Shown: positions 52,001 to 64,000 of the stretch, piece after piece | Numbering within the stretch: the first letter of the stretch is position 1 | Layout: each line of letters starts with the position of its first letter | Assembly: GCF_964355755.1 (NCBI RefSeq) | Contig: NC_092674.1 | Location: 29,264,001-29,328,000 of the forward strand | Source of the DNA: Antedon mediterranea | Taxonomy: Eukaryota > Animalia > Echinodermata | Direction: 5' to 3' | Length of the DNA stretch: 64,000 nucleotides | The notes under the pieces: generated by a model | What the model was told of the DNA's origin: nothing | Seen by the model: only the letters and a program-made list of their open reading frames with translations | Databases searched by the model: none | Made by a program: the position numbers and the translations under genes

Positions 52001-55000
52001 GTAGGTGCATGTTTAAAAAATATGAATGTCAATAAAATGATAAAAATGATCACCTATAATTCGTCAAAGTGACGAATTAAATTCTAGTTACAAGTTGTAC
52101 TTGGATATCAAACTGTCTATTTGGTCGTCTTGAGCCTCAAGAGAATAGCAACTATGTAATGAGCTGTAATAAACAGTAAGTACAGTATAGAAATCATATA
52201 TCGACTAGCATTAAAATTACAAGTGGGAGTCTGTAGTACAGTGAAAAATTTCATTTCAAAATTTTAGCAAAATTGCTAATCAAACTGATTTAGTCGAGAA
52301 ACATAGTTTTGTATTGTATTTTTTGCTACACAATTTTCGAAATGTGTAGCAATAAGGTTGTTTTGTATAGCTTTTTGCTATGCCACACTGGCGAAAATTA
52401 TTCCTTGTAGTAGATAAAAGAGACGTTCAAAACAGGTTAAAAAAGAAAATCATAGTACGGTTATTATTGTACAGTATATATTAATTAAACAAGCTGAACA
52501 TTTTATATAGTGATTTAATACGCAAATAATGTTTCTACATTTTTTTTACTGCAGAGTTTACGTGAATTTCTGTCAGCATTGATCATGTTGTATTCCACCA
52601 CCAGATTTGCATTTGTATAGAACGCCTTTGTCTTAAAATTCCGTCTCCACCCTGCTTTGACGTGATTTCTTTGTTTAACATGCCTAGGTCTATTGTTCCA
52701 TTGTGGCAGTCCAGCAAACACATAGTGGTTTTCTAACGTTAGTGTTTGGTTAATGTTTAGGTTCACTAATAACCGTTATTTTATTACATTTCTATAACGT
52801 AAAAAGAAACATTCAGATAACATTTTTAGGTTAGCATTTACAGGATACATACAGTAACGCTATAAAAACGGTACTTGAATTTTAAAACTATAAAAATCTG
52901 AAAAAAAAATCAATAAAAACATTATTAGATAATGCCTCATTTCTATCATTTTATTATACATAACCCTAACCCTTTATTTGTTAATACTGTACTAACTTAA
53001 TTATTTAGATAGATTTAGATACACAAAGGCGCTAGGCCGGCAAAAGTTATTAAAATATGTTTCAGAACACCAGGTTTATTTCATTGGTACATTATATTTT
53101 ATCAGTAAACCGTATATTAAATGCCTGGAATTTTTATCATTTTATTTTATTGATGATCCTCCTTTATCTGCAAAAAAATAAAAACATTATTAGATAGATC
53201 TACATTGTTATATAATTATGTAAACATTTTGTATATTCTTAAGTTGTTGGAATTCGATCATGATTAAGTCAATTACAAGGCGGTAGACCGGGAACCAGTC
53301 AACTGACAGAAGAGGGCTCTCAATGTCATTTCTATTGACGTACCTGCACACAATATTCATAACCACACACCCCCACTTTAATAATGGAATAACCACAAAA
53401 AAAACTCCGGAGCCAAAACGGCAGTTGATCCCAGTAGTCTGGATATCTAATAATGCCATTTAATAAGTTATCCCACTTATTTTCAGGTCTAAGCTAGGCA
53501 TACTAGGCCTAGGTAGGGCCTAGCTAGGCCATATATAGCAGGCATTGCGATTAATATTATAAAATAAAAAAGTAGCCTAGGAGTAGGCCTAGGCTAGGCC
53601 TATATTTAGGCTATATGATGTTTTTATATTTTTCAATAATTAATAATCATGTTTAGCCTGTTGTTCAAATTTGTGTTTGGTTTTTTTGTACAATTTCAGG
53701 GATTTATCAAATGGCTTCCTTGTAGCTGAGATATTTTCGTGGTATTATCCATCTGACATCAACATGCATTCCTATAACAACGGTAACTCGCTTCCGACTA
53801 AACTTGGAAATTGGTCATTACTACAAAATGTAGGTTCTATATTAATATTAATAATATTAATATTAATATTACTTATTTTAGTAGACCTAGGATATATAAA
53901 TTTCCTTACTAGCCTAGGCCTATAGCATAAGCTTTAGGCCCAAGCTTTCATCAACAAATGTTTTCTAATCTCTTCTTTACATAAACGGTAATATTAAACT
54001 CTACCATGACATTTTGATGTGACAGTTTTAAATTTCCACTGGTTTCCTTTGCAGCTTTTCAAGCGCCGTAGCTTAGATGTACCAGAAGAGCTCGTTGACA
54101 GCACAATTCACTGCAGACCTGATGGAGCTGAACTATTTGTTCAATATTTATATACAAAATTAACCAATAGAAAGTAAGAATTTGTTTTCTTTTATTGTCT
54201 ATTTTTTGAAATTGTAAATATGAATATGACAAGCAAAGCAAGCAAATTACTTAAGATTGTATGGTATCAAGTACAAGTTCAAGTAATCTTTATTGTGTTT
54301 TTAACAACTGGTATAAAAAAACAAAATTGGTTGCTGCTGGTTGTTATGAGAAAAAGAAATGGATACCAAATACAAATATATAAAAAGCTATAAATAAGGC
54401 AACAATTTACAATATAAAAAAACATGCAAACGACATATAGAAAATGGAAACAATATAATACATCATATCACTATCATTAAAGCTGTCAGGGACTGTTTGT
54501 TGAAAAATTACCATATACTCCAAACTTTCGATTGTGTTTTTTTTGTTTGTATTTTTCATACAAGATAATAATATAGAGTACAGGTGATGACCAACCAAGT
54601 ACATGGTTATGTGTAATGTTCATACAAAATGATCCATATAGTTAACAATGCAATACATATTGTAAACATTTAAAAAAAAAATTATTTTATACCTGTCTAC
54701 ACTTTCAAACTATTTTGACAAAAAAGTGTGATGTGCCCAATATGGTAGTGATATGATTCAGGGAATAATTTCGCCAGTGTAGCATAGCAAAAAGCTATAC
54801 AAAACAGCCTTCTTGCTACACATATCTACAATTGTGTTGCAAAAATTTTGATAGAAAACTATGTTTCTCAACTCAAAAATCAGTTTGATTAGCAATATTG
54901 CTAAACAAAATTTTAAAATGAAATTTTTCCCTGTGATTTGATATCATCATGTCCATATTTGGGTACATCACATTGTTTTGTCACATAAAGTTTGATAGTG

Positions 55001-57551
55001 TAGACAGAGCTTTAGTACTAAACATTTGACTGGCTTTACTTACTCAACTGGTCTTCATAGAACTGCCCTTAATGTGACACCCAAGTCACACTTAATTAAT
55101 CACATTTTTATGAGGAAGTAAAATAATTAATTTATAATTTAATTTTACATCATTTTATTCCTTGCCGCCCATCATCCCAACATCCCAAAGGTCATCGCTA
55201 ATTAAAGAACGTGATTACCGTAACTATTTTGATTTAAAAACAACTTCAGATAAGCAATTGACATTAATACAAGCATGTTTGTATTAGAATTAAGCGTTTA
55301 GCATTGGAGCACGAAATCGATTTCACAGATCACAGCTATCAGATGAAACTGCCAATGCACGCCAGATCAACGGCATCAACCTCGGTAAAAACAAACTTGA
55401 AAATTACAGAATTCTCGACAGAACCAAATATTATAACCTGCCAACAAAAGGTAAATTAAAATAATTTAAAAATAATAATTTTATTCCTACTCATCCAACA
55501 GCAAGTAACTCGCCAATTACAGGATGGATAAACTATTTAATAATTTATCGTGCTTATAAACTAAGTCTCGTTTGAGGCTTAGGGAGTGGAGTTGAAAGAG
55601 TCATGAGTTACAACCCTGCACTAAGTCAGGATTGAACCCGGGACCTTGGGATTGGAAGGCAAGCACGTTAACCACCAAGCTACAGCTCCACTCCAATAAT
55701 AATAATAATATAATAATAATATTAAGGCCAATTTACATAGACGAGGTAACGGTAAGTGGAAAACCGCATAGCTTGTCCCACATAGAATCTGTATATATCT
55801 TCAGCGGAAACCGCCCGTCATAAGGGCGTGTGGCGTAGTGTGTTGGACGTTGGACTACCGCATTGCTTGTATCCGTAGGCAAGATACTTTACTTACGTTG
55901 CCTCTCTCCACCCAGGTGTATAAATGGGTACCCAGTTAGATCTAGACACAACTTTGCGCTGGTTACCGGCTGCATCATGGGAGTATGTTTCCATACGTGT
56001 TTGATCCCCAAAAAAATACTGGGGTAATAATGCTTGTAAAGCTCATGAAAAGGGCGCTATATAAATGTGGTATTATTATTATGAGGAATGACATAAATTC
56101 TATATTTTTATTACTCTTTCCACTTGTAAATTTGGTGTCTGGTGTAAATTGGCATTAACCCATTGAATTATCTCCGCATTGTAATGACTTTTTCTAACCA
56201 AATACCTGAAAATAAGAACAGACCTCTCCATGGATACATTCAAGTTCCCCACTGTTCTGGCCTCAGTTCAGTGGTGTAATGACTATGAGCGCTCACTGGC
56301 TAAACCCAAGGGCTCCGGAGCTTATGGAGGCCCTGGAAAACAGTGGCCAGAGGAAAAAACAGGAATTAAAATATGTCAAAAAAGGCTAAAAATGGCCGAG
56401 GCCTCCAGTGTTGGAGGGGTTTTAGTGAGGTACTTAACTTACCCACTGGTCCTTATGTGTTATCTGCCAAACATCACTTTAGTATTTTTTCTTTATAGGC
56501 TCAGGAGATAATAAATAGAAGGATAGAGCATCGACAAAAGGAGAGATATGAGGAACCAGATCGCTTTAAAGTACAACCCACCATTGGTCAAAGATCAGAC
56601 AGGAACGCTGCTAGTTTCACAAGTCAGGGAAACCTGTATGCAGGCAAAGGGTATACAGCTGGACAATCACCAACAGTGATACGTAAGTATTGAGAATTGT
56701 TAGGATGATGTTTACAACACTTTATCACAAATCAGGTTGTAGCTTTTTTTTATACTGGGTGACTTCTTCTTTTTATACTTGGTGACGTCTTCTTCAGCAA
56801 GACCGTTCTCTCAGAGGACCTAGTATAACTCACAAAGCAATTAAGAAAACGATATGCAATACATAGAAAGAAACACAACCACACATATAATTATTGTCAG
56901 CGTTCAAAGTGTTTCTTCTTGGAACAAGATTCAGTTTTTGTCTAAAGCTCTGTCGACACTATCAAACTAGTTTGATAAAAAAAATGTGATGTACACAGAT
57001 ATGGTAGTGATATCCCCAAATATAGTAGTGATATGACATCATCATAGCCATGGGCACATCACATTGTCACATAAAGTTTGACAGAGCTTTAGGACAAGAT
57101 TACCATTATAACTGAATCTGGTAGAAGGGTCTAGAGAATATTTTTAGACTAATTAAAACAAAGAATAAAATTTAAATGTGTAAACATAATGTATATGCAC
57201 ATTACAGTATGTTTTAAATTGTATTCTGAAAACATTAACAAAACATTACAGTATTTGACGATTTTGTGAAAGTACATTAAGGAAATATTATTTACATGTG
57301 TTACTTAACTAAAAAGAAACCCTTGTGCAACTGACTCTTTCTCACAAGTTTGTATTAAAAATTCACAATATTTAACCAATTTTGACATTTGTATCTTGTC
57401 TGTAGACATTGAGGATACAAGATTAAATGGCGCACATGCAATTGGCATCAAAGAAATCTCTGTCAACCAAATGGATCACACATCACAACCTGTCATCAGA
57501 CAGACAATTACGTCATCACCAGTCTTGCCTCCCATTGGTGGACAGTCATAG
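49044..57551 (+). CDS. SPATA4: Spermatogenesis-associated protein 4 (CH-like domain), six coding exons
   Basis: [26 protein letters not shown]|[22 protein letters not shown]|..[10 protein letters not shown]|..[22 protein letters not shown]|..[11 protein letters not shown]|..TAG at 57549-57551. Confidence 0.92.
49323..53431. mobile_element. Non-autonomous DNA transposon with 828-bp TIRs and 8-bp TSD, Merlin-like
   Basis: TIRs 49323-50150 and 52604-53431 (GGATCAACTGCCG...). TSD CAGTAGTC at 49315-49322 and 53432-53439. An internal minus-strand fragment [20 protein letters not shown] resembles a transposase N-terminal zinc ribbon. Confidence 0.9.
51422..52088 (+). mobile_element. Helitron/Helentron-like insertion nested in the TIR element
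   Basis: 5' hairpin ggttatccgcaac-gaa-gttgctgataacc; 3' hairpin taattcgtca-aag-tgacgaatta followed by CTAGT. Confidence 0.55.
54759..54933. mobile_element. CAGGGA...TCCCTG MITE nested in a family 1 MITE
   Basis: Short TIRs with tgatt on both flanks; an inverted relative lies at ~52239-52407. Confidence 0.6.
55571..55690 (-). mobile_element. tRNA-derived SINE head
   Basis: Reverse strand reads gagctgtagcttggtggttaa..ggtcccgggttcaatcc (boxes A and B); no proper acceptor stem. Confidence 0.55.
55822..56082 (+). mobile_element. SINE family 2, second copy
   Basis: Colinear with 29500-29780. Confidence 0.75.
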
Positions 57552-59666
57552 TACAAAGCTTGAGTCCTATTGGTGGACAGTCATAGTACACAGATTGTAA
57601 CTATGAGGTTATTTTTTACTATGATGATGATTCAGACAATACATCCTGTATAATGTGTAGTTTTAAATATGTTTTAGTGAAATTAAAAGTAAAAAACTTT
57701 GTTTTATTGTTATGTATCATTCTTGTTATATATAAATATTCTAACTTTTTTTTGTGAATGTAAATAAATTAAGACACCAAAGAATGTTTGTTTTATATTT
57801 ATACAAAAGAGAGCTTTTAATTAGCGATGATTTTTGTAATAAGTCGTCGGTTTTCTTCTTTTTTTCGCAAATCAAAATCTTATAAAGCTCTGTCTACACT
57901 CCTATCAAATTGTATGTAACAAAAATGTGATGTGCCCATATATGGACATCACTACCATATTTGAGCATATCACTAGTTTGATAGTGTAGACAGAGCTTTA
58001 TACGATTCAAACCTGGCCACATAGAATATCAAAATATGAATTCAAATCAGGATGGCTTTGGTAAAATGGACCACACCACCTAGGGGCGGAAGAGGGAACA
58101 CATAGGAGTAAATAGTTCAACCAACTCACCTTTAATTCAAAATTAAGTAGGTTTCTTAAAGTTATATTAATGATCTTTAACGCAGCTGCAGCCCAAAAAA
58201 CGGCCGAATTAAAAAAAATGTTTACCTAATTTTAAAACCGCAAGGTTATCCCAGTTCAGCCTAGTTTCTCACCCTCTTGATTTATCCCTTAATTGTGAAA
58301 AACATTAAGGTTAATTATATGTACATTAGCCCAGTAACGCCACCTGACCCAATAAAAACTATCCAGTATCCGCCATCCCACAGTGTGACCGGACTATTAA
58401 GTTTTAACCCATATTCCGCCGCGGTATACTCGCGTGTATTTTTCGAGATTGAATCGAATTCTTATGTAGACTTTTACTGTCTGATGTTACACATATTAGC
58501 TGATCATCGCGAGTCACCTGAGTTATACTTATTATACTGGGGTAGTTTCTGATTTCTGATCCGATGTTCAAACCTATCAAATCAATAGTACAAAGAAATC
58601 ATTCTATAAAATACGTAAATGCAAAGCGATCTAACAAGTGTAGGTAAGGTATATCAGGTATTACCGTACTTTTAAAAATCGAAAGAAATACGTTTTTGTG
58701 TTGAAATTAGTCTTTTACATAGTGACTCTATTCAATTTAATTCATACTCTCAAATCCTCCTTTATTTCAAATAAAATACATAAGAATAGGTAACAACCTT
58801 AACTGTCATCAAAACTCTGCATTGTAATTAATGCTTAGGCTTAATATATTTAAATTATGAGTCTTGCTAATTTTATTATAAATAAAAGCATAACAGTATT
58901 CATCTTGTAGCTCATATAAATGTTAAAGATATATTGTCCCCTAAACAATTTTGTTTATGCCATTTTAATGTCACGTAATAGTTATTCACTTTGACCAAAA
59001 ATTAATCTTCATTTTTCATGTTTTTGGAGGACAATACATATTTAATATTTTAATAGGCCTAAATATCAATATACAATGTAGAGTTTGGATGACAAGTACG
59101 ATTAGAAGTCTCCTCAAGCGATAGTTGGAGGAGACATATATCACCAACCGTGGTCGTTCCAAACCGCAGCTGGGATTGATTTTCTTTCCTCCATGTCGAA
59201 ATGACCGATAAAAATAAATTGAAAAGCCCATTTTTACTAATTTTCTTACACCAATCAAGGTCAGTGTGAACAGTTTATCAACCCTTTATTTTCCAATTAT
59301 TATATAAGCAGTTCGCCCAACTGACCTGACTCATGGGCTAAATAATTTTTGATTTGGGTTCGTGACAATTTTCGGTCATGTCCCCCGCATGTCCCTAACC
59401 CGGAAAGGTATTGTGACTTTTAGATAATGGCTATGTAAGCCTTTAATTAAGCCAGTTTCGTTGCGCCAAATGTTACGAACCATTATATCACTCATCCAAT
59501 TCAATAGAATTGAAATTTGATTAAATTTAATAAAATACAAGATAAAATGCCATTGGTTTAATTGGATTTGACCGAGTTATCAAACTCCAGTGTCAACAAA
59601 ATGTGATACGGTCCAGATGGACATGGTGATGTTATATCACTAGCATATTTTACCATATAACTACCA

Positions 59667-59980
59667 TTATATAACACCTATATAAATTCCTGTCATTTGA
59701 TTGGACGAATGTGGGTCACATGGCGTGCAATAGTACGCACTATTCAACGATCGTTAAATAGTACTTTTTGAAACATTTTTGTGTACGAAAAAAAAACGTC
59801 TAGATGTTATATAAAACAAATAATGAATGTTTTGTATTCGTGTAATGGTACAAATAATGGCACTTGGTGAATGATGAAAGGTTATATCAACTCGGCTTTG
59901 CCTCGTTGATATAACCTTTCATCATTCACCTCGTGCCATTATTTGTACCATTGCACTCATAAACATTCATTATTTGTACA
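59667..59980. mobile_element. Element ending in a long imperfect hairpin (Helentron/HINE-like), inserted in a family 1 MITE
   Basis: Arms at ~59816-59891 and ~59905-59977 pair around ctcggctttgcctcg. Family 1 MITE sequence flanks it on both sides. Confidence 0.6.
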
Positions 59981-61171
59981 TTATGAGCACATCACATTTG
60001 GTTGTCAAAAAGTTTGATAGTGTAGAGCTGTATATAAGCGTCTATGAATACTATTATAGCTACGGTACACTGTTCCCGGCGTTTCACGGAATGGAAGACG
60101 GCGCCATTGACTTATTTATATGATTTTCCATTATTATTTAACAGCACCGTACCGTTTTCCGTTCCGTAAAACGGAACGTGTGAATGTAGAGCTTAAATCG
60201 GTAAAAGAAATTATACGATGTGTATATTCAGCCGCCGAACCGGATCTGGGTTCATGTGAACGTAAGCTTTTAAATCAAATAAAAATCAGCCGATTCCACG
60301 CTTTCTCTCAAATGCTTTTTATTTTCCACCAAAAAAATTTAAAAAAACATTAACACTGATTGAAACTAATTGATTTTATTGTTTTTTCCCCCAAAATACT
60401 CCGGTCAGACGTCAACAGACGATCTGGCCGCATGGTTACGTACAGCAAACGTGTCTTAATGTTTATTACAATTCATACATTATAATGTATTTAACGTTCT
60501 GAGGCATCAATGATCTTATATTTTTGTTTTACTAATGCTTGACTCCCACTAGAGACGCAACGCAAGAACGTAAGCGGGCAACGCAAGTGATTTGACCAAT
60601 CACAAGCAATGAATGAACTGTCGCTCGCCATTGCTACGTTGCGTCATCGTCTCAGTGGGAAACCAAGCTCTACACCTTCACAGTTGTAGCCTGATTTAAA
60701 CATGGGACTTGAACGGTAGCCTAGTGTGATTTTACCATTTTACGTGCCCATTGGGTAAAGTTTTACCCAAGCTTTCTAACCTATAGACATGGGCAATTTT
60801 AACCGGAAGTTCCCAGCACGGAAAAAGGAGTCAAAGGCTACTGGAAATAACTAATTTAATTAAAATTATAGAAACTGCGTCTAATGTTGTAAAATGAAGA
60901 AGTGAAGAAACCGACCTAGATTTCATAAAGTTATTTTTATATCAAGTTGACGTACAGGAGAGTTTTAAAACGAAAGAAATACACCCTGTCAAAAAAACCG
61001 ATACCAGGCCCGAGCCAGCATGAGGCAGACGAGGCGCTTCCCTCGTCTAAAAATTTCAATTTTCACTACTCACCCGAACTACCCAGTCAAATCGTCATAT
61101 TTAATTTTATATTAATAATTCTATTTAAAGCATCTTTGCCTCGTTTGTTGTTCGCTACGGGCTTGAATACC

Positions 61172-61850
61172 GTATCATTTACACCCCTATAACATAAGTT
61201 TGCTTCCGTCTCGTATAATAAAAACTCATAAAATACATTAACAAATTAAATTCACATTGACGTCACAAAATGTAATGCTTTTATTTCAGTACCATTTACA
61301 CCCCAACAAGATAAGTTTGCTCCCGTCTCGTATAAATAAAAACTCATAAAATACATTAACAATATTAAATTCAGTGTGAAGTCACAACATATAATGCTTT
61401 TATTTCAGTATCATTTACACCCCCATCGGATAAGTTTGTTCCCGTCTCGTATAAATAAAACTCATAAAATACATTAACAATATTAAATTCAGTGTGAAGT
61501 CACAAAATGTAATGCTTTTATTTCAGTACCATTTACACCCCCATCGGATAAGTTTGTTCTCGTCTCGTATAAATAAAAACTCATAAAATACATTAACAAT
61601 ATTAAATTCAGTGTGAAGTCACAAAATGTAATGCTTTTATTTCAGTACCATTTACACCCCCATCGGATAAGTTTGTTCTCGTCTCGTATAAATAAAAACT
61701 CATAAAATACATTAACAATATTAAATTCAGTGTGAAGTGACAAAATATAATGCTTTTATTTCAGTACCATTTACACCCCCATCGGATAAGTTTGTTCTCG
61801 TCTCGTATAATAACAACTAATGAAGTACATTAAATTCATTGTGACGTCAC
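61172..61850. repeat. ~119-120 bp tandem repeat, ~5.7 units
   Basis: Unit cagtaccatttacacccccatcggataagtttgttctcgtctcgtataaataaaaactcataaaatacattaac...gtcacaaaatgtaatgcttttattt. Confidence 0.95.
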
Positions 61851-64000
61851 TATACTATAATACATACTGCTTTTATTGTAGACATACTGTAGTGGTCCAT
61901 AGTGGTACAACAGTGTATAAATAGAAAACAAAAACACTCCAGATTTCAAAAATATAGGCCTATACATAAGCTTCTCATCTTATTTCCTGTAAAAGGAAGA
62001 ATACGTAAAAAGTTTGCTCATAATGAGTTGTACAAGGCTATTGCCTGAATTAGTCCCCGCTCATAATACAGTCACATTATTATGTTCCTCTTTAATCAAT
62101 AGAATGAAAAAAAGTCGAGCGGAAACAACATACCACTGGCACTAGCAGTGTTTGAAGTTTTGTCAGTGAACATAAATGAAAACCATTATGGTTGTATTTC
62201 ATTCGAGGAAAGTTCATCTTTACCCTGACTGAATAACAAACTTATAGTATAGACACATGTTTTACTTTTCTACCTCATAAAATCTCTTCCCAGTTTTAAT
62301 ATCGTAATATTTTGACTACAGGTACTATATAAATTAAATCTCTATCAAAAATCAAAATCATCAGTAAGATTAACCAGCACCGGCGGCCCGATACCCATGA
62401 CATACTTTTTTATATCTAGGCCTAGTTTCCTCTCGAGTGCACCTTTCTGGATCTGGATCTGGATGAATACTGACGAAGGACTACATGGGTATATGCGCCA
62501 GGGGGTGCGTCTCTCGGTGTGCAAACATCATACTTTTGATATTACATCTGAGGCATCAATGGTAGTTATTATTTTTTTTTTTGGGTTAAAGATTGATTCC
62601 CATTGGACACAACAGGACATAAGCGCCACACAGTTTTGATCAATCATAAGCGATATATATCCATCGCGCTCGTAAACCTTGCGTTGCGCTTACGTCATAG
62701 AGTTGCGTCCTATGAACCAAACTTAAGTCTGTCATTTTTAAATGTTAAAACATTACGTTTGCCTTTTCTAGATAAAAGTACATTATTTTTAGGATATTAA
62801 ATAAAAATTACTTTTAAATCTAGTATCGTTGTCTGACGTTGTCACTCGTCCATACTTATTAATAGCAAGAAAGCGGCCCTTACCACCCTTTGCCGATTTC
62901 ACATGAATGTTTTGATTATCATATCGAAATTGTGTCATCAACGACTGAAACGACACAAAACATGAAGGTGGTTTGAATTTTCCTTGCCATAAAATATCAA
63001 AGTTTTCCTGACAAAGTAGGTTGTCCTTCGTGTTCTGAAAAACAAATGTATTAAAAGTAAATTAATTTATTAACTAAAGCATAATTTAGAAGTCCAAGGC
63101 TGTCTAGATCTAGTACAGAGATTCAATATACACTGATGAGCCGGGATTGGGTCAGGTGACCGGACAAAATCCGAGTTACATTCGTTTTGTTTTTTATCAC
63201 ACGCGTATGTTTTGTACGAAAATCTAGAATTCGCTAAAGCTTGGTTCTCAAGCGTGGTTCCCACTAGCGACGCAACGCAAGGACGTAACGCAACGCAAGT
63301 GAATTGACCAATCACAAGCGATGGCTTATTCGCTTGTGATTGCTAACTGTCTATAACTTCGCTTGTCATTGGTTAAAACGCTTGCGTTGCGTTTACGTCC
63401 TTGCGTTACGTTCTAGTGGGAACCAAGCTTGAGTGTGAAGCTCTATCAAGTTTACGTGTGTGTGAAATAACGAACAATACGTATGCATTTTACGTCTGTT
63501 GTCGGTTCTCTAAACATAAATGTCGCCTTTTCAACAATTAAAAGCATGGAGCATGTTGAATTATTAATCATCGAAGAAATTTCTTTTAGATTACGTGTTA
63601 ATTAAATAATAAAATTACGTTAAACTCAAATTACGTCAACGTCATTCATTTTTCTTTTTACGTCTGCTCTCTTGCATTTTTTTTTTATTGTCTTTTTTGT
63701 TCGAATTTTGTCTGAAAATAATTCTGAGCATCGATGAGTTTTATTTTTCGATTACGTAAATAATAAAATAACGTTAACCTCAGTTAAGTCCAAGTCAATT
63801 TTTTACGTCTGCTATTTTGCATTTTTGCGAAAACGTGTAAAGTCCAGTGAAAGATTTCTATTTTATTTTCCATTTATATAATGTACGTAAAGATAAGTGT
63901 TGTATTATTATTGTTTATAATGTAAAGAGGGACTCTACAGAGCGACAGGTCCATTGGTGGGCCTTTTGTAGTCTCTCGAATATATATTATATTATATGCC

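Noticed and set aside
49358-53459. Identical ORF pairs on opposite strands (MNLNINQ..., VIPLLKW...)
   Set aside because: Mirror images from the 828-bp TIRs; no coding evidence.
55600-55690. tRNA-Gly gene
   Set aside because: Boxes A and B are present but the stems do not close; better explained as a SINE head.
61172-61850. CRISPR-like array or coding repeat
   Set aside because: Plain ~120-bp tandem repeat without spacers or ORF.
58000-64000. Protein-coding genes among short ORFs
   Set aside because: No recognisable motifs or consistent exon chain; the region is mostly repeats.

Overview
AT-rich, intron-containing animal DNA, probably from an invertebrate deuterostome (inferred from gene content and SINE types). 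Four conserved spliced genes are present: the 3' part of CCDC158 (+), ALG8 (-), MITD1 (-) and SPATA4 (+). Two fast-evolving blocks lie among them. (1) 5.7-26.3 kb is a tandem array of nine single-exon, three-Ig-domain type I membrane receptor genes in two families: A (six copies, one broken) and B (three copies). It has a paired-receptor architecture. A4 and A5 share an ectodomain differing at only 4 residues. A4 has an uncharged TM and a long Tyr-rich tail, while A5 has a Lys-containing TM and a short tail. Family B carries an ITIM/ITAM-like tail. Duplication junctions, chimeric genes and orphan copies of the ALG8 last exon can be read directly from the sequence. (2) 32.8-44 kb holds two tandem somatomedin-B/7TM (adhesion/Methuselah-like) GPCR copies with non-overlapping frameshifts. 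A 60-bp minisatellite has arisen at the stop codon of one copy. Also present: a 4.1-kb Merlin-like element with 828-bp TIRs and an 8-bp TSD in SPATA4 intron 1, a 116-bp perfect palindrome, a truncated LINE, SINEs, MITEs and Helentron-like elements. Gene names come from recognising protein motifs by eye; no searches were run.
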